Source: a virus. From it: DNA of 64,000 nucleotides. Below the pieces are notes generated by a model. It saw only the letters and a program-made list of their open reading frames with translations. It had not been told where the DNA came from and ran no database searches. The position numbers were made by a program, and so were the translations under genes. Below, piece by piece: positions 37,179 to 45,921 of this stretch. Every line of letters starts with the position of its first letter. Position 1 is the stretch's first letter. Where the stretch lies: the IMG/VR virus record IMGVR_UViG_3300037483_000286, positions 1,220 through 65,219 of that record; one strand, written 5' to 3'.

Positions 37179-38749
37179 TCTTCTTCAGCGGGAGGCTTCT
37201 TCGCATTGCGGTTCGCTTCTTGCTCCAAAAGCTGCTCTTCAGCAGTCAATGTCGCCGCACCTTGGCCAGTGCGAGGCATCGCGGCGTCCTCCTCCTGAAT
37301 GAGCTGCATCTCCGCTTCGTATTCCATCTTAGTGAGGCGGCGCTCCACCATGAGCTGGTGAACACTCTGCTTGCTGATGGGTGCGCCCTTCGTGCGCGCA
37401 TCCATGAGACTGCCGATGTCTTCGACCTTGAGATTCGGATCGCCAAATTCCATATTAGGTTTGACAACGACTTCGTCGGGATTCGCACCAATCCATGTGG
37501 CGACCTTCTTCAGAATGCTTTCCAGTCCCTTGGCTCCTGTGATCGCGATCTGATTCAGACTGGCAGTCTGCGCAGTGAGGCGCGTGCTCAAAGCCTCGCC
37601 TGACTCCTGCTTGGACTTGCCTTCAATCAGCTGTCCAGACTTCAGCGTGGCATGTTTGCGATCGTTCTCTAACGAGGAACGCTGTTCAGATAGACCCACA
37701 GAAGCGACGCCGATATATTTCGCATCGCCTCCAATATCAACATCGATGCGACTACCTGCACCAGTTCGAATCGCATCATCTTGACCAGGGAGCCCGTCAG
37801 TATTCCGCACTCCTCCTATCACAACAAGCGTGTCCTGTCCAGTCATGAACAATGCTTGCCGATAGTCCGCTTCACCTCGATAGATTGCGAGAACAAGGCG
37901 GCCCAGGCCCAGCGTAGGGGATTCATCAGGACGCGACATCAAGTCACGCGTATTGATAAATACGAACGGGATCTCCTCCAGCTTCTTGCCACGGTACATA
38001 GGAGCGGCCATGTTCGCTTCACTGAACACTAGCTGATTGGCTCCATTTGCATCAGTGAAGGTTCCAATCTTGTATTCACCGGAATTCTCATTCAGTTCAG
38101 GATTGCCCAGCGTTAACACGCGGTACTTCTTAAACGTCTTCCACGTGAAGTCCGTTTCGCGCTTGAGTCCGCTCTCATCAAGCACAACGAGATTAAGCGA
38201 AATGAAGCCGTCTTCATCGTCTGCTTCATCCCAATTGCGAATCGCTTCTGCGACGTAAGTCGCGAGGAATGGCAGCGCAGGCGCCATATTGACCACAGCC
38301 TGATTTGTAGTCGGATCCACGGGCGCTGTTGGAAGGTCGGCAAGCAAGCCGATCCGTCCTGTGATCATTTGCTCGTAGTTGATACGGCGCAGCAAGTCCT
38401 GAAGAGATTCACCTTCAAGTGTCGCGCTTTCGAGCATGGGTTCCATCACAGCTGGCAGCGTGATGTCTGCAGGCTTGTGGTGAAGCATGCCAACAAGTAC
38501 TGAAACCGCTTCAGATACGTAGTCCGGGAAGACTGCCCGAAGTACATACCCTTCATAAATCTTCTCACCGACGTTCGTTTTCGTCGCCGCTGTGGCACAT
38601 CCGAACCCATCCAAAATCATGGATGGAGTAGGCGGCAGGTACTTGTCGCGCTTGCTCTTGACTACGCGTTCACCCGCGTGGAGATCACGTTGCGTTGTCC
38701 AATCTTCCTTAAACGCATCATAAAACGGGTGAACAGCATCAAGTGACAT
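37175..38749 (-). CDS. portal protein (DUF4055-like)
   Basis: 524 aa after terL; K.KYLP, Y..RA.F, EIPFVFIN. Confidence 0.88.
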   Translation of the reverse strand: MSLDAVHPFYDAFKEDWTTQRDLHAGERVVKSKRDKYLPPTPSMILDGFGCATAATKTNVGEKIYEGYVLRAVFPDYVSEAVSVLVGMLHHKPADITLPAVMEPMLESATLEGESLQDLLRRINYEQMITGRIGLLADLPTAPVDPTTNQAVVNMAPALPFLATYVAEAIRNWDEADDEDGFISLNLVVLDESGLKRETDFTWKTFKKYRVLTLGNPELNENSGEYKIGTFTDANGANQLVFSEANMAAPMYRGKKLEEIPFVFINTRDLMSRPDESPTLGLGRLVLAIYRGEADYRQALFMTGQDTLVVIGGVRNTDGLPGQDDAIRTGAGSRIDVDIGGDAKYIGVASVGLSEQRSSLENDRKHATLKSGQLIEGKSKQESGEALSTRLTAQTASLNQIAITGAKGLESILKKVATWIGANPDEVVVKPNMEFGDPNLKVEDIGSLMDARTKGAPISKQSVHQLMVERRLTKMEYEAEMQLIQEEDAAMPRTGQGAATLTAEEQLLEQEANRNAKKPPAEEE

Positions 38750-38761
38750 TTATCTTTACTC

Positions 38762-40387
38762 CTAACTCGTTCCCTTCGTACGGCCGCCGCGAGCGCCTAG
38801 GCCTAACGACAGAACATGGTAACGCGTTTCGTCACCGATGTGATCTTCTGATTCAGTGTCAACATCGTCTGGATCAATCTCATCACGCGGCAGCACAGGA
38901 ACCAAGTCAATGAAGTTTTTGCAATTGTCGAACACATACAAGCCAGGATTTTCACGTGGCAGAGGTATCAACATTCCATTCGGCGTCTTGAGGTAGTGGC
39001 GATGTGCCTGCTTGAAGTACTTGCGTAACTTCTCCCAGCCGTCCTTGCGACTGCCAGGAGACTTATCTGAACGCCTCCACTCCACTCCGCGATAATGGGA
39101 CCCATTGACCTTCACAGGCTTCAGCATGTCCGCAGCGATGCTGTTACCGTTCACAGAGTCCCAGATACTATTGTCAGCAGCTCCAGGCTGGATGCGCCCG
39201 TGAATGCCCATGACAAGCTCGCGCTCAACTATACCCGCTGCAACCTCCGTGGCAAGCATACGCAAGCCCACATTACTCTTTCCACTCCAACCGTACCACT
39301 CCGCAAAACGAAATTGATCACCCTTCACAGTGCTGCGCCAAGTTCCATCCGCAAGCTGTATGTCACAGCCGTCGCTCTCAGTCCACCAGCCAACGCTAAA
39401 AGGCTTGCTGCTACCCCAGTCGAACGTGCGAGTCAGACGCCAAGTATTAGGAACACGAAACGGACGTATGACATTCTGATGTGAATCCCAAACGTCATCA
39501 AACATGCCACCAGAGTTCACATCCCAGTCGCCGCCTAGCCAAGCGCGACGCTTGTTAGGGTCTGTGATTCCTTCTAGCTCTGCAATGTACTCCGGCGAGA
39601 GGTATTTGTTTTCACGATAGGTGCCGAACAGATGCACCTGTGTTTTCGTGATGTTCTCACGCTGCTGAGTGCGCGGATTAAACACGTTGATGACTTTCTT
39701 AAAGACGCGTCCAGGCGGAGCCACATTTATGAAGCGCTTCTTAACCCAATTGTGACCCGCTCCATAAGGATTGCAAGTGATGAAGACTTCCAGGGGAATC
39801 TCTGGCAGCAAGTACGGCGTGGCGCCTACATCCTCTTCGTCACAGAAACGAACTACACCTGTTTCCTTGTAATAGTCCCCGTCAATCGTAACAGGATAAT
39901 CTTCCGGTCTATAGGATGAGCGATTACAGCTCATCATCATTTCAAACAAGACGTCAGTCGGATACTTGGTAAGTTCGTTCCAGCCTATGAACGGGAACTC
40001 CTGCCCGTGGTAACTCCAATAGTCCGACTCGCGCTTGACAGCACGGAACATGAGCTCTTCGCCAGTAGGCCATACCCAGCGATAATCGCTCTTTGATGAC
40101 AGGAAGCGGGCACCGTCCCCGAACTCCGGGAACCAACGCATCGACTTGGACACAAGGTCATCCAAGTTTTTATATTCGCGATCGAATATGACTCCACGCC
40201 AGAAACGTCCATACCCCTGCCCAACACGACGCCTGAAGCGCATGAGCTGGCTGTCCGTCTTGCCAGGCCCACGCGTGCCATGCGCCAGTATGATATTCGC
40301 TGGACAGGACTGTGAAAGGGTCTGTGAGCCTGGGAGCGGAGTCCAGACTACACGATCAGGATTTTGCTCAAGCGATAACGCACGCAT
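38762..40387 (-). CDS. terminase large subunit
   Basis: Walker A GTRGPGKT, GWNELT, TCNPYG.GH.WVKKRF, FDWGSSKPF, EDH..DETRY. Confidence 0.95.
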   Translation of the reverse strand: MRALSLEQNPDRVVWTPLPGSQTLSQSCPANIILAHGTRGPGKTDSQLMRFRRRVGQGYGRFWRGVIFDREYKNLDDLVSKSMRWFPEFGDGARFLSSKSDYRWVWPTGEELMFRAVKRESDYWSYHGQEFPFIGWNELTKYPTDVLFEMMMSCNRSSYRPEDYPVTIDGDYYKETGVVRFCDEEDVGATPYLLPEIPLEVFITCNPYGAGHNWVKKRFINVAPPGRVFKKVINVFNPRTQQRENITKTQVHLFGTYRENKYLSPEYIAELEGITDPNKRRAWLGGDWDVNSGGMFDDVWDSHQNVIRPFRVPNTWRLTRTFDWGSSKPFSVGWWTESDGCDIQLADGTWRSTVKGDQFRFAEWYGWSGKSNVGLRMLATEVAAGIVERELVMGIHGRIQPGAADNSIWDSVNGNSIAADMLKPVKVNGSHYRGVEWRRSDKSPGSRKDGWEKLRKYFKQAHRHYLKTPNGMLIPLPRENPGLYVFDNCKNFIDLVPVLPRDEIDPDDVDTESEDHIGDETRYHVLSLGLGARGGRTKGTS

Positions 40388-40926
40388 CAGTGAACAGGAC
40401 GGACAACACGATCTTCATGCGAGTCTTCAATCAGCTTGTCCTGATGCTTAGATGCATGCGCTTCCCATTCGTCCACATTCGCGATAGCAGGAACCATCAT
40501 CACTCCACCCTTGTGCGTGACGTTGGCTTTGATTTTCGTAGCGCCGTCCATATCATAGATATTGCACAGCTTCGACAGCGCACTCACGCGCGCTGAATGT
40601 GAGCTGCCTTCACCTTTGAATTGGGCCGCCTGTAGCAAGTTCATCTCGACCCACTTTTTCTTATTCTTGAGCGCACCCTTCGGATCTGCGTCCTCTTGCA
40701 ACTGACGTCGCAGGATCTCACGCTGGACGTAAGGCTCCTGCATGAAGTCTGCGGCATAGGCCCCAGCAACTGACTTCAAGAATCCTACGCGCACGCATGC
40801 AGCCCAAGCATCGTAGTCGATCAGATATTCTGTGACAAAACGATCCCGAAGCGCCTTCTCCTGCGCAGATAATGCGGGCTCCATCAACAATGGATCCCAA
40901 TACCGGCCTGTTTGATTGTCAGCCAT
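40387..40926 (-). CDS. terminase small subunit
   Basis: FV.EYL.DYD...AC.RVG helix-turn-helix pattern; TGATG coupling to terL. Confidence 0.85.
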   Translation of the reverse strand: MADNQTGRYWDPLLMEPALSAQEKALRDRFVTEYLIDYDAWAACVRVGFLKSVAGAYAADFMQEPYVQREILRRQLQEDADPKGALKNKKKWVEMNLLQAAQFKGEGSSHSARVSALSKLCNIYDMDGATKIKANVTHKGGVMMVPAIANVDEWEAHASKHQDKLIEDSHEDRVVRPVH

Positions 40927-41017
40927 GCTGAACTCCTAAACGTCCTAGAGCGCATGCCCTAGATATCGCCTTTGAGCTTACATGGAAACTGTGGCAATTC
41001 GCAATGAGATTACAATG

Positions 41018-41377
41018 CTACTTTAGCAGCACAGCTAACAGAGCGCCGGTAGAGATAAGCAAGGGAAGTATCTGAAGGGTGAGCTGCCTAGCAGAATTAG
41101 AACCTCCCGTATGCCCCTGCAGCTCGTTCAGCGCCTTGTTGACGGAATCACGCCAGATTGTCATTTGCTTTTCGTATCCATCAAACTTCTCTGCACTAAC
41201 AGTCAAATTGCGTTCCTCCACTTGCTTGGCGTGCTCGTGGTTCAGCAGCTCCAATCTGCGATGATACTCCTTTGCCTGCATCTTCAGAGCGCGCCGGTTG
41301 GCCTTCCGGCGCACTCGTTCTACGCGGCGATCAGCTTTAGCGCGTTCCTCAAGTCGAACGATACGTAGCTCATTCAC
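41018..41377 (-). CDS. coiled-coil protein with a C-terminal transmembrane helix
   Basis: GTG start; hydrophobic end LQILPLLISTGALLAVLLK. Confidence 0.65.
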   Translation of the reverse strand: MNELRIVRLEERAKADRRVERVRRKANRRALKMQAKEYHRRLELLNHEHAKQVEERNLTVSAEKFDGYEKQMTIWRDSVNKALNELQGHTGGSNSARQLTLQILPLLISTGALLAVLLK

Positions 41378-41382
41378 TGCTG

Positions 41383-41541
41383 CTACAGCTTTCCTAGCAG
41401 TAGCAAGATAACGATGACTACCAGCACCAAGCCCAGAACACTGCTAGGGCCGTATCCCCAGTTCTGGCTGTGTGGCCAAGAAGGGATCGCACCTACCAGC
41501 AGTAAGATGAGCAGGATAATGAGGATGGTTCCAAGACTCAT
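41383..41541 (-). CDS. DUF3309-family small membrane protein
   Basis: MSLGTILIILLILLLVGAIPSWPHSQNWGYGPS matches the bacterial family pattern; ATGA overlap at start. Confidence 0.85.
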   Translation of the reverse strand: MSLGTILIILLILLLVGAIPSWPHSQNWGYGPSSVLGLVLVVIVILLLLGKL

Positions 41542-41840
41542 GGCTGCGTCTCCGGATGATCTGCAAGCCACTTGCGCGCGATGTCAGTAGAAACATCGTC
41601 ACGCTTCCTCCATTCCGCACGCTGCTCGGCAGTCAAGCCGCGTCCAGCTGCGACAGCTTCTTTGAGCTGGTCGTCCAACTGCTTCAAGTCCTTGTTGCCT
41701 ACAGTGAGGATACTGGCCAACGCCGTCGCAAGGCTCAAATAGCCCGCCCATTCCGTCACCTTGCCTGGATCCGAACGACCCTGTAACAGGCCAGCAGCAA
41801 CCGACTGAGCAATGCTCAGATAGATCATGAGCGGGTTCAT
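41538..41840 (-). CDS. membrane-associated lysis-cassette protein (possible spanin partner)
   Basis: hydrophobic N-terminal half, then charged helix; coupled to the lipoprotein stop. Confidence 0.55.
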   Translation of the reverse strand: MNPLMIYLSIAQSVAAGLLQGRSDPGKVTEWAGYLSLATALASILTVGNKDLKQLDDQLKEAVAAGRGLTAEQRAEWRKRDDVSTDIARKWLADHPETQP

Positions 41841-42232
41841 TTCCAAAGCCCTCCAACGATTTCAACCAGTTTGTCGATCAGCGGTCTCGCCTTGTCAATC
41901 CATCCGCCGACCTCGCGTTCAACAATGACCAGGCGCTCCTCCGGTGTAGTCCCAGCTGCGATCTGCGCCCTCACCTTCGAATATTCAATCAGCGAGTCCT
42001 GCAATGCGTCTGCAGGCTCCTTGCTCGCTACCATTGCCTCAGCAAGCGGGCGCTTCGCAGTATCCGGAATTGCAGCGTTCTGCAGAATCGTCGCACCCTG
42101 TTCCTTGGCAATGACGTAGGAGCCATAGAGCGCGTCCCCCTCCTGCTCCACGTTCTGCGCAGTCGTAAATGGGTTGCTCTGGCATGCTGCTAGTACGAGC
42201 AGCAACGGAATGATTGACAATTTTCGAATCAT
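41837..42232 (-). CDS. lipoprotein (possible o-spanin)
   Basis: signal peptide with lipobox LAA-C (MIRKLSIIPLLLVLAACQ); follows the holin. Confidence 0.7.
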   Translation of the reverse strand: MIRKLSIIPLLLVLAACQSNPFTTAQNVEQEGDALYGSYVIAKEQGATILQNAAIPDTAKRPLAEAMVASKEPADALQDSLIEYSKVRAQIAAGTTPEERLVIVEREVGGWIDKARPLIDKLVEIVGGLWK

Positions 42233-42486
42233 GATTTGATCTCCGGTGTTGGAGTGGTAACCGTCTCAAGCGTCTGTTTGGTAGTCGTAGTCGCTGGATC
42301 CAACGCCGGCTGTTGCGCTCGTGTCCGCTGGAACCAGAAGAACAACACGACAGCCGTCAACGTGTAAATGTCGTTCGGAACATTCTTTAGATAACCCATT
42401 CCCTGGAGAGTAACGACCGCGAAAAATCCGAACAACCACAGATAGGTGATGTTTCTTTGCGCTGTAGCTGTGAGCAGGTCGTTCAT
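42229..42486 (-). CDS. putative holin (two transmembrane helices)
   Basis: ITYLWLFGFFAVVTLQGMGYL and IYTLTAVVLFFWF; TAATG coupling to the endolysin. Confidence 0.65.
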   Translation of the reverse strand: MNDLLTATAQRNITYLWLFGFFAVVTLQGMGYLKNVPNDIYTLTAVVLFFWFQRTRAQQPALDPATTTTKQTLETVTTPTPEIKS

Positions 42487-42860
42487 TAGTATGACCACAC
42501 TGTGGGTCGAATTTGCCCAGGCGCGTTCGGCAGGTTATCCAAGTGGATGAACCTCGAGGGTCCTTTCTGTTGGATTCCGACTCCAGTGAATTTCATGATC
42601 AACGCCGTCTGCAGCACTTCATAGGCGCGCGTGCGGTCGACCCAGATATCCACTGCTCTCCCTGTAGTGTGCGGGCCTGCCAATCCAGTACTGGATACCT
42701 TTGCGTTATACGCAGGACAGCGGTACCCAGACGTTATTCGCAAACCGAACCCAAGTCGATGGCGCAGATCATCCAGCTCGTCCACGAACGCATGGTCCAT
42801 GAGGTTCGCTCCGCAATGGGAGCAGGCAAATTCTTCGAGCTTGAAATATCGCCAACCCAT
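42486..42860 (-). CDS. endolysin, peptidase M15 family
   Basis: EEFAC.HCG, ITSGYRC..YN, H..G.AVDI, FIHLD Zn ligands. Confidence 0.92.
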   Translation of the reverse strand: MGWRYFKLEEFACSHCGANLMDHAFVDELDDLRHRLGFGLRITSGYRCPAYNAKVSSTGLAGPHTTGRAVDIWVDRTRAYEVLQTALIMKFTGVGIQQKGPSRFIHLDNLPNAPGQIRPTVWSY

Positions 42861-42861
42861 T

Positions 42862-43065
42862 TCAATGACTCACTGGCTCAGGTCGCAGCAACCGGTAGAC
42901 GATGTACGCCACTCTCATGGACTCATCCAACGTACAGGCCACTGGTCCATTGTTACGTTGCTCGTCACGTTGCAGTTGATTCGCGATGCGGTTCAACTGC
43001 AACTGACGCTGGATCGGAACGCCATCAAATCTCGCTAGATGGCGTATGTAACTCAGATGATGCAA
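42862..43065 (-). CDS. hypothetical protein
   Basis: 67-aa ORF tiling the operon. Confidence 0.45.
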   Translation of the reverse strand: MHHLSYIRHLARFDGVPIQRQLQLNRIANQLQRDEQRNNGPVACTLDESMRVAYIVYRLLRPEPVSH

Positions 43066-43068
43066 GCA

Positions 43069-43257
43069 TCAGTCCTCTTCGCAATAAGCGCGAGTCTGCA
43101 TGCGTGACAGGTAGCGATAGTCATCATCGCACGGCTCGCCTGGCTGCGCGCAAATACGATCAACCTTCGCGAGCTGCGTTGTAGTCAGCTCCGAGCGAAC
43201 CTCGGGGTCTTGAAAGACCGCCTTGATCGCATTGATGATTACTGTACGATGTGACAT
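43069..43257 (-). CDS. hypothetical protein
   Basis: AGGAG RBS; 62 aa. Confidence 0.65.
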   Translation of the reverse strand: MSHRTVIINAIKAVFQDPEVRSELTTTQLAKVDRICAQPGEPCDDDYRYLSRMQTRAYCEED

Positions 43258-43272
43258 TTCTAATCTCCTGGG

Positions 43273-43551
43273 TTAGTGCCCGTCTAATGCGACGTTGATA
43301 CCTTTCTCCGCCAGCTTGGCTCGGAAGTCCTCGACCTTGTCCAGCGCGACGCGTGCATTCACATCCGCAGTGCGAGCACGCTCTTCAGCTGGCGCAATGC
43401 CAGCCGCTATTTTGGAGTCAGTGATCTGTGGCGACATCACTACTTGGACAGCCAATCCGATAATAGCACCACCTGCCAAAAACCATGAGAACGCTATCCA
43501 AGGCATGAGCTGCCTGATCAGCGTATCATTATCATTGGCGGGCACGTTCAC
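43273..43551 (-). CDS. single-pass membrane protein
   Basis: WIAFSWFLAGGAIIGLAVQVV helix, then coiled coil. Confidence 0.6.
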   Translation of the reverse strand: MNVPANDNDTLIRQLMPWIAFSWFLAGGAIIGLAVQVVMSPQITDSKIAAGIAPAEERARTADVNARVALDKVEDFRAKLAEKGINVALDGH

Positions 43552-43867
43552 GCTCTCGGATTATATCTCCTCTAATGTCGTCTATCTGCTTCTGCAAGTA
43601 TGCAACCTGCTCACGGCTAGCAGGTTCCGGACGACTGATCAGCACATTCATCATCGTACCTTGAGAAATCTGCTTGTCACGCATCTCAAACAGCATACTG
43701 AATGTACCGCCGACAGAAAGCGCCAACAGGACTGCAATGATTCCAAGGAACCAATTCAGCGCCCATGAAAACCTCGGGTCATGGGATGTCTTATAGATAT
43801 GCTCGCCGCTGGCAGCACGCCTCACAGCTTCTTCCTCGGACATCGCCGGTGGTCGTGTGAGGCCCAA
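43532..43867 (-). CDS. single-pass membrane protein
   Basis: WFLGIIAVLLALSVGGTFSML helix, then coiled coil; AGGAG RBS. Confidence 0.6.
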   Translation of the reverse strand: MGLTRPPAMSEEEAVRRAASGEHIYKTSHDPRFSWALNWFLGIIAVLLALSVGGTFSMLFEMRDKQISQGTMMNVLISRPEPASREQVAYLQKQIDDIRGDIIRERERARQ

Positions 43868-43880
43868 TTTAGAACTCCTT

Positions 43881-44075
43881 TTACCGTAAACTGAACCAGG
43901 CGGCTGCTACATCGTAGCGACTACGATAAAGACGTGGACGATGCTTGTAATGACGTGACTCAGCCATCACTCGTTTATCCTTTGCGGCCATCGGCACGAC
44001 ATGTTCAAGTGGCGAACTCATCAAGTCACGAATAGCCTTGCTTCCAGCGGAGAACCGAGCAGCGTCATAGCTCAC
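43881..44075 (-). CDS. hypothetical protein
   Basis: GTG start overlapping the upstream stop. Confidence 0.45.
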   Translation of the reverse strand: MSYDAARFSAGSKAIRDLMSSPLEHVVPMAAKDKRVMAESRHYKHRPRLYRSRYDVAAAWFSLR

Positions 44076-44962
44076 GACAGGGTCTTACTTGCGATGTTCG
44101 ACGGTACGCTCTCAGCTCCTGCGCTGTTGTAAGCTACGACCGCGAAGTACCACTTGCCCGACGTCAAGTTCTCTATCACGTATGTTGAAATCGCAGCATT
44201 ACTGACAGTGATCGTCTGTGTTAGTGCGGTCGCGCTTGCTCCGTAGATGATGCGGTAGCCTGCCAAGTTGGTGAGCGACGAGCCGTCCGTGTTCTGCGTT
44301 GGAGGTGTCCACGACAACGTCACCTTCGCTGTTTGGATCGCAGGATGGACTGTGAATATTCCAAAAGGTTGGCTGACAGTTACCTCACCATCGAAGACAG
44401 CGATGGATAACTGGGATCGCTGGCCTACATCCGTAGGGCCAGGAGTCCCTGCGAGCTTTCCAGTGGCCGTATCGAAAGTGGCCCAGGGCGGTCGGTTTCC
44501 CACTATGAACTGCAACGGATCGAGGTCAGCATCCATTACAGTAGGAGTGTACTGATACGGAACTCCGACCGTGGCATTGACAATCGGTACACTAGTAAAC
44601 ACAGGCGCACGATTCGCGACGACAGGAGGCGTGACTGTGATAGTGAACTTCTTCGTGCCAACTGCCGTGTTCGGTCCATCATCCACGAATATCTGAATGT
44701 CCTTATACACCTTAGCGTCCGCAGCTCCAGGCTTGCCGACGATCCTGCCAGTGGAGTACGAGAAGGACAGCCAGCGAGGTCTATTCTTTATGACGAACTT
44801 GAGCGTCGATGCTCCGTCGTCCACGACAGTTGGAGTGAAGCTATAAGTCTGCCCGACCGTGACCGTCGTGCTCGCTGGACCAGTGATCTTCGGCGGAGTG
44901 TTGGCAGCTAATGCGGGCAGCGCCAGCATTAGCAAAGCCAAAGTCAGATGTTGAGCTTTCAT
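44072..44962 (-). CDS. secreted protein: two putative Ig (He_PIG/cadherin-like) domains plus Fn3 domain
   Basis: signal peptide MKAQHLTLALLMLALPALA; repeats P.W..F...TG...G.P; VTLSWTPPTQNTDGS.L..LAGYRI.YG. Confidence 0.85.
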   Translation of the reverse strand: MKAQHLTLALLMLALPALAANTPPKITGPASTTVTVGQTYSFTPTVVDDGASTLKFVIKNRPRWLSFSYSTGRIVGKPGAADAKVYKDIQIFVDDGPNTAVGTKKFTITVTPPVVANRAPVFTSVPIVNATVGVPYQYTPTVMDADLDPLQFIVGNRPPWATFDTATGKLAGTPGPTDVGQRSQLSIAVFDGEVTVSQPFGIFTVHPAIQTAKVTLSWTPPTQNTDGSSLTNLAGYRIIYGASATALTQTITVSNAAISTYVIENLTSGKWYFAVVAYNSAGAESVPSNIASKTLS

Positions 44963-45012
44963 AACATGAAAGCATAACACACACGTACAATACTACAAGT
45001 ACAATCTACAAT

Positions 45013-45270
45013 CTAACAGCAAACTGACTTTCGAGCATTATCATGAGCAACATTCAGAAACAACGCATGCGCGAACTCATCGTCCCGCTTGCTGAAATCC
45101 ACCGTCTCCATGGAGTTCATCCAGTCCCTGCGCAACTGCAACGCGGACTCGGCAGTAGGTTGATAATCAACAGCCGGCAAGCTGGATCCATACTGGATCT
45201 GTCCCGCAGCGACAGCCCACTGTGATTCCGTCCATCCTAGGAATCTAAACGATTCTTGGTCCCGCAGCAT
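45013..45270 (-). CDS. hypothetical protein
   Basis: start moved to ATG 45270 (GGAG RBS). Confidence 0.55.
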   Translation of the reverse strand: MLRDQESFRFLGWTESQWAVAAGQIQYGSSLPAVDYQPTAESALQLRRDWMNSMETVDFSKRDDEFAHALFLNVAHDNARKSVCC

Positions 45271-45478
45271 AGATACTCCAATTGTCAGGTAAAGTGGCGT
45301 CAATCAAAGTAGCGAGGTTCTCCACCGCTTCCTCGACCGTGTTTCCAGTCTCGAACTGGCAATCCTGATCCCAATCGTTCAGGACTGCAGCAAACTTGTA
45401 GAGTATAGGATTATCCTGTTCCTCTACCAGTACGTTGATCTCCCCGCTTGACAGCGGGATTAGATAACGCTTGCGCAT
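45245..45478 (-). CDS. hypothetical acidic protein
   Basis: ATG directly after the upstream TGA; ORF-track extension discarded. Confidence 0.55.
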   Translation of the reverse strand: MRKRYLIPLSSGEINVLVEEQDNPILYKFAAVLNDWDQDCQFETGNTVEEAVENLATLIDATLPDNWSIYAAGPRIV

Positions 45479-45479
45479 A

Positions 45480-45650
45480 TCAACCAGCTTGCTTGCGAAG
45501 CAACATCGGCAAGCCGTTGGACAGGCCCTTACGGCCCAATGCGACCAGCGCCTTGTTGGCAGCGTACTCACTGCGCAGCTCATTGGCGCGGCGTCGCGAG
45601 TCAGCGCTGTTATAAGGATCGTGGCCTTCATAACTTTCAGTGAGTTTCAT
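45480..45650 (-). CDS. 56-aa hypothetical protein (missing from the ORF track)
   Basis: GGAG RBS; MKLTESYEGHDPYNSADSRRRANELRSEY...QAG. Confidence 0.6.
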   Translation of the reverse strand: MKLTESYEGHDPYNSADSRRRANELRSEYAANKALVALGRKGLSNGLPMLLRKQAG

Positions 45651-45719
45651 CGTCTTTCTCCGTGCTCTAAGTGTGATGCAAATGTACGTGAAATCAGCTT
45701 GACACGAGTAGGAACGGCT

Positions 45720-45920
45720 TCACAGTTTTACTCTAGGCATGTAGCCGAACTCTGATTTCACATCATACATCTTCCCATTGGGGAACGTAACAGGACGCGG
45801 GCATAGCGCGTTGGCGCCCAGCGCATATAGTGCCTGGCCCTGGCGTTCGCGCAGCTCCTGCGTAGCACCCGGAAGCGCTACAGGGAAGTTCGGACGTATG
45901 CTTACACTTACTGTGGCCAT
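45720..45920 (-). CDS. hypothetical protein
   Basis: ATG right after the UvrD stop, with AGAGGAG RBS. Confidence 0.6.
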   Translation of the reverse strand: MATVSVSIRPNFPVALPGATQELRERQGQALYALGANALCPRPVTFPNGKMYDVKSEFGYMPRVKL

Positions 45921-45921
45921 T

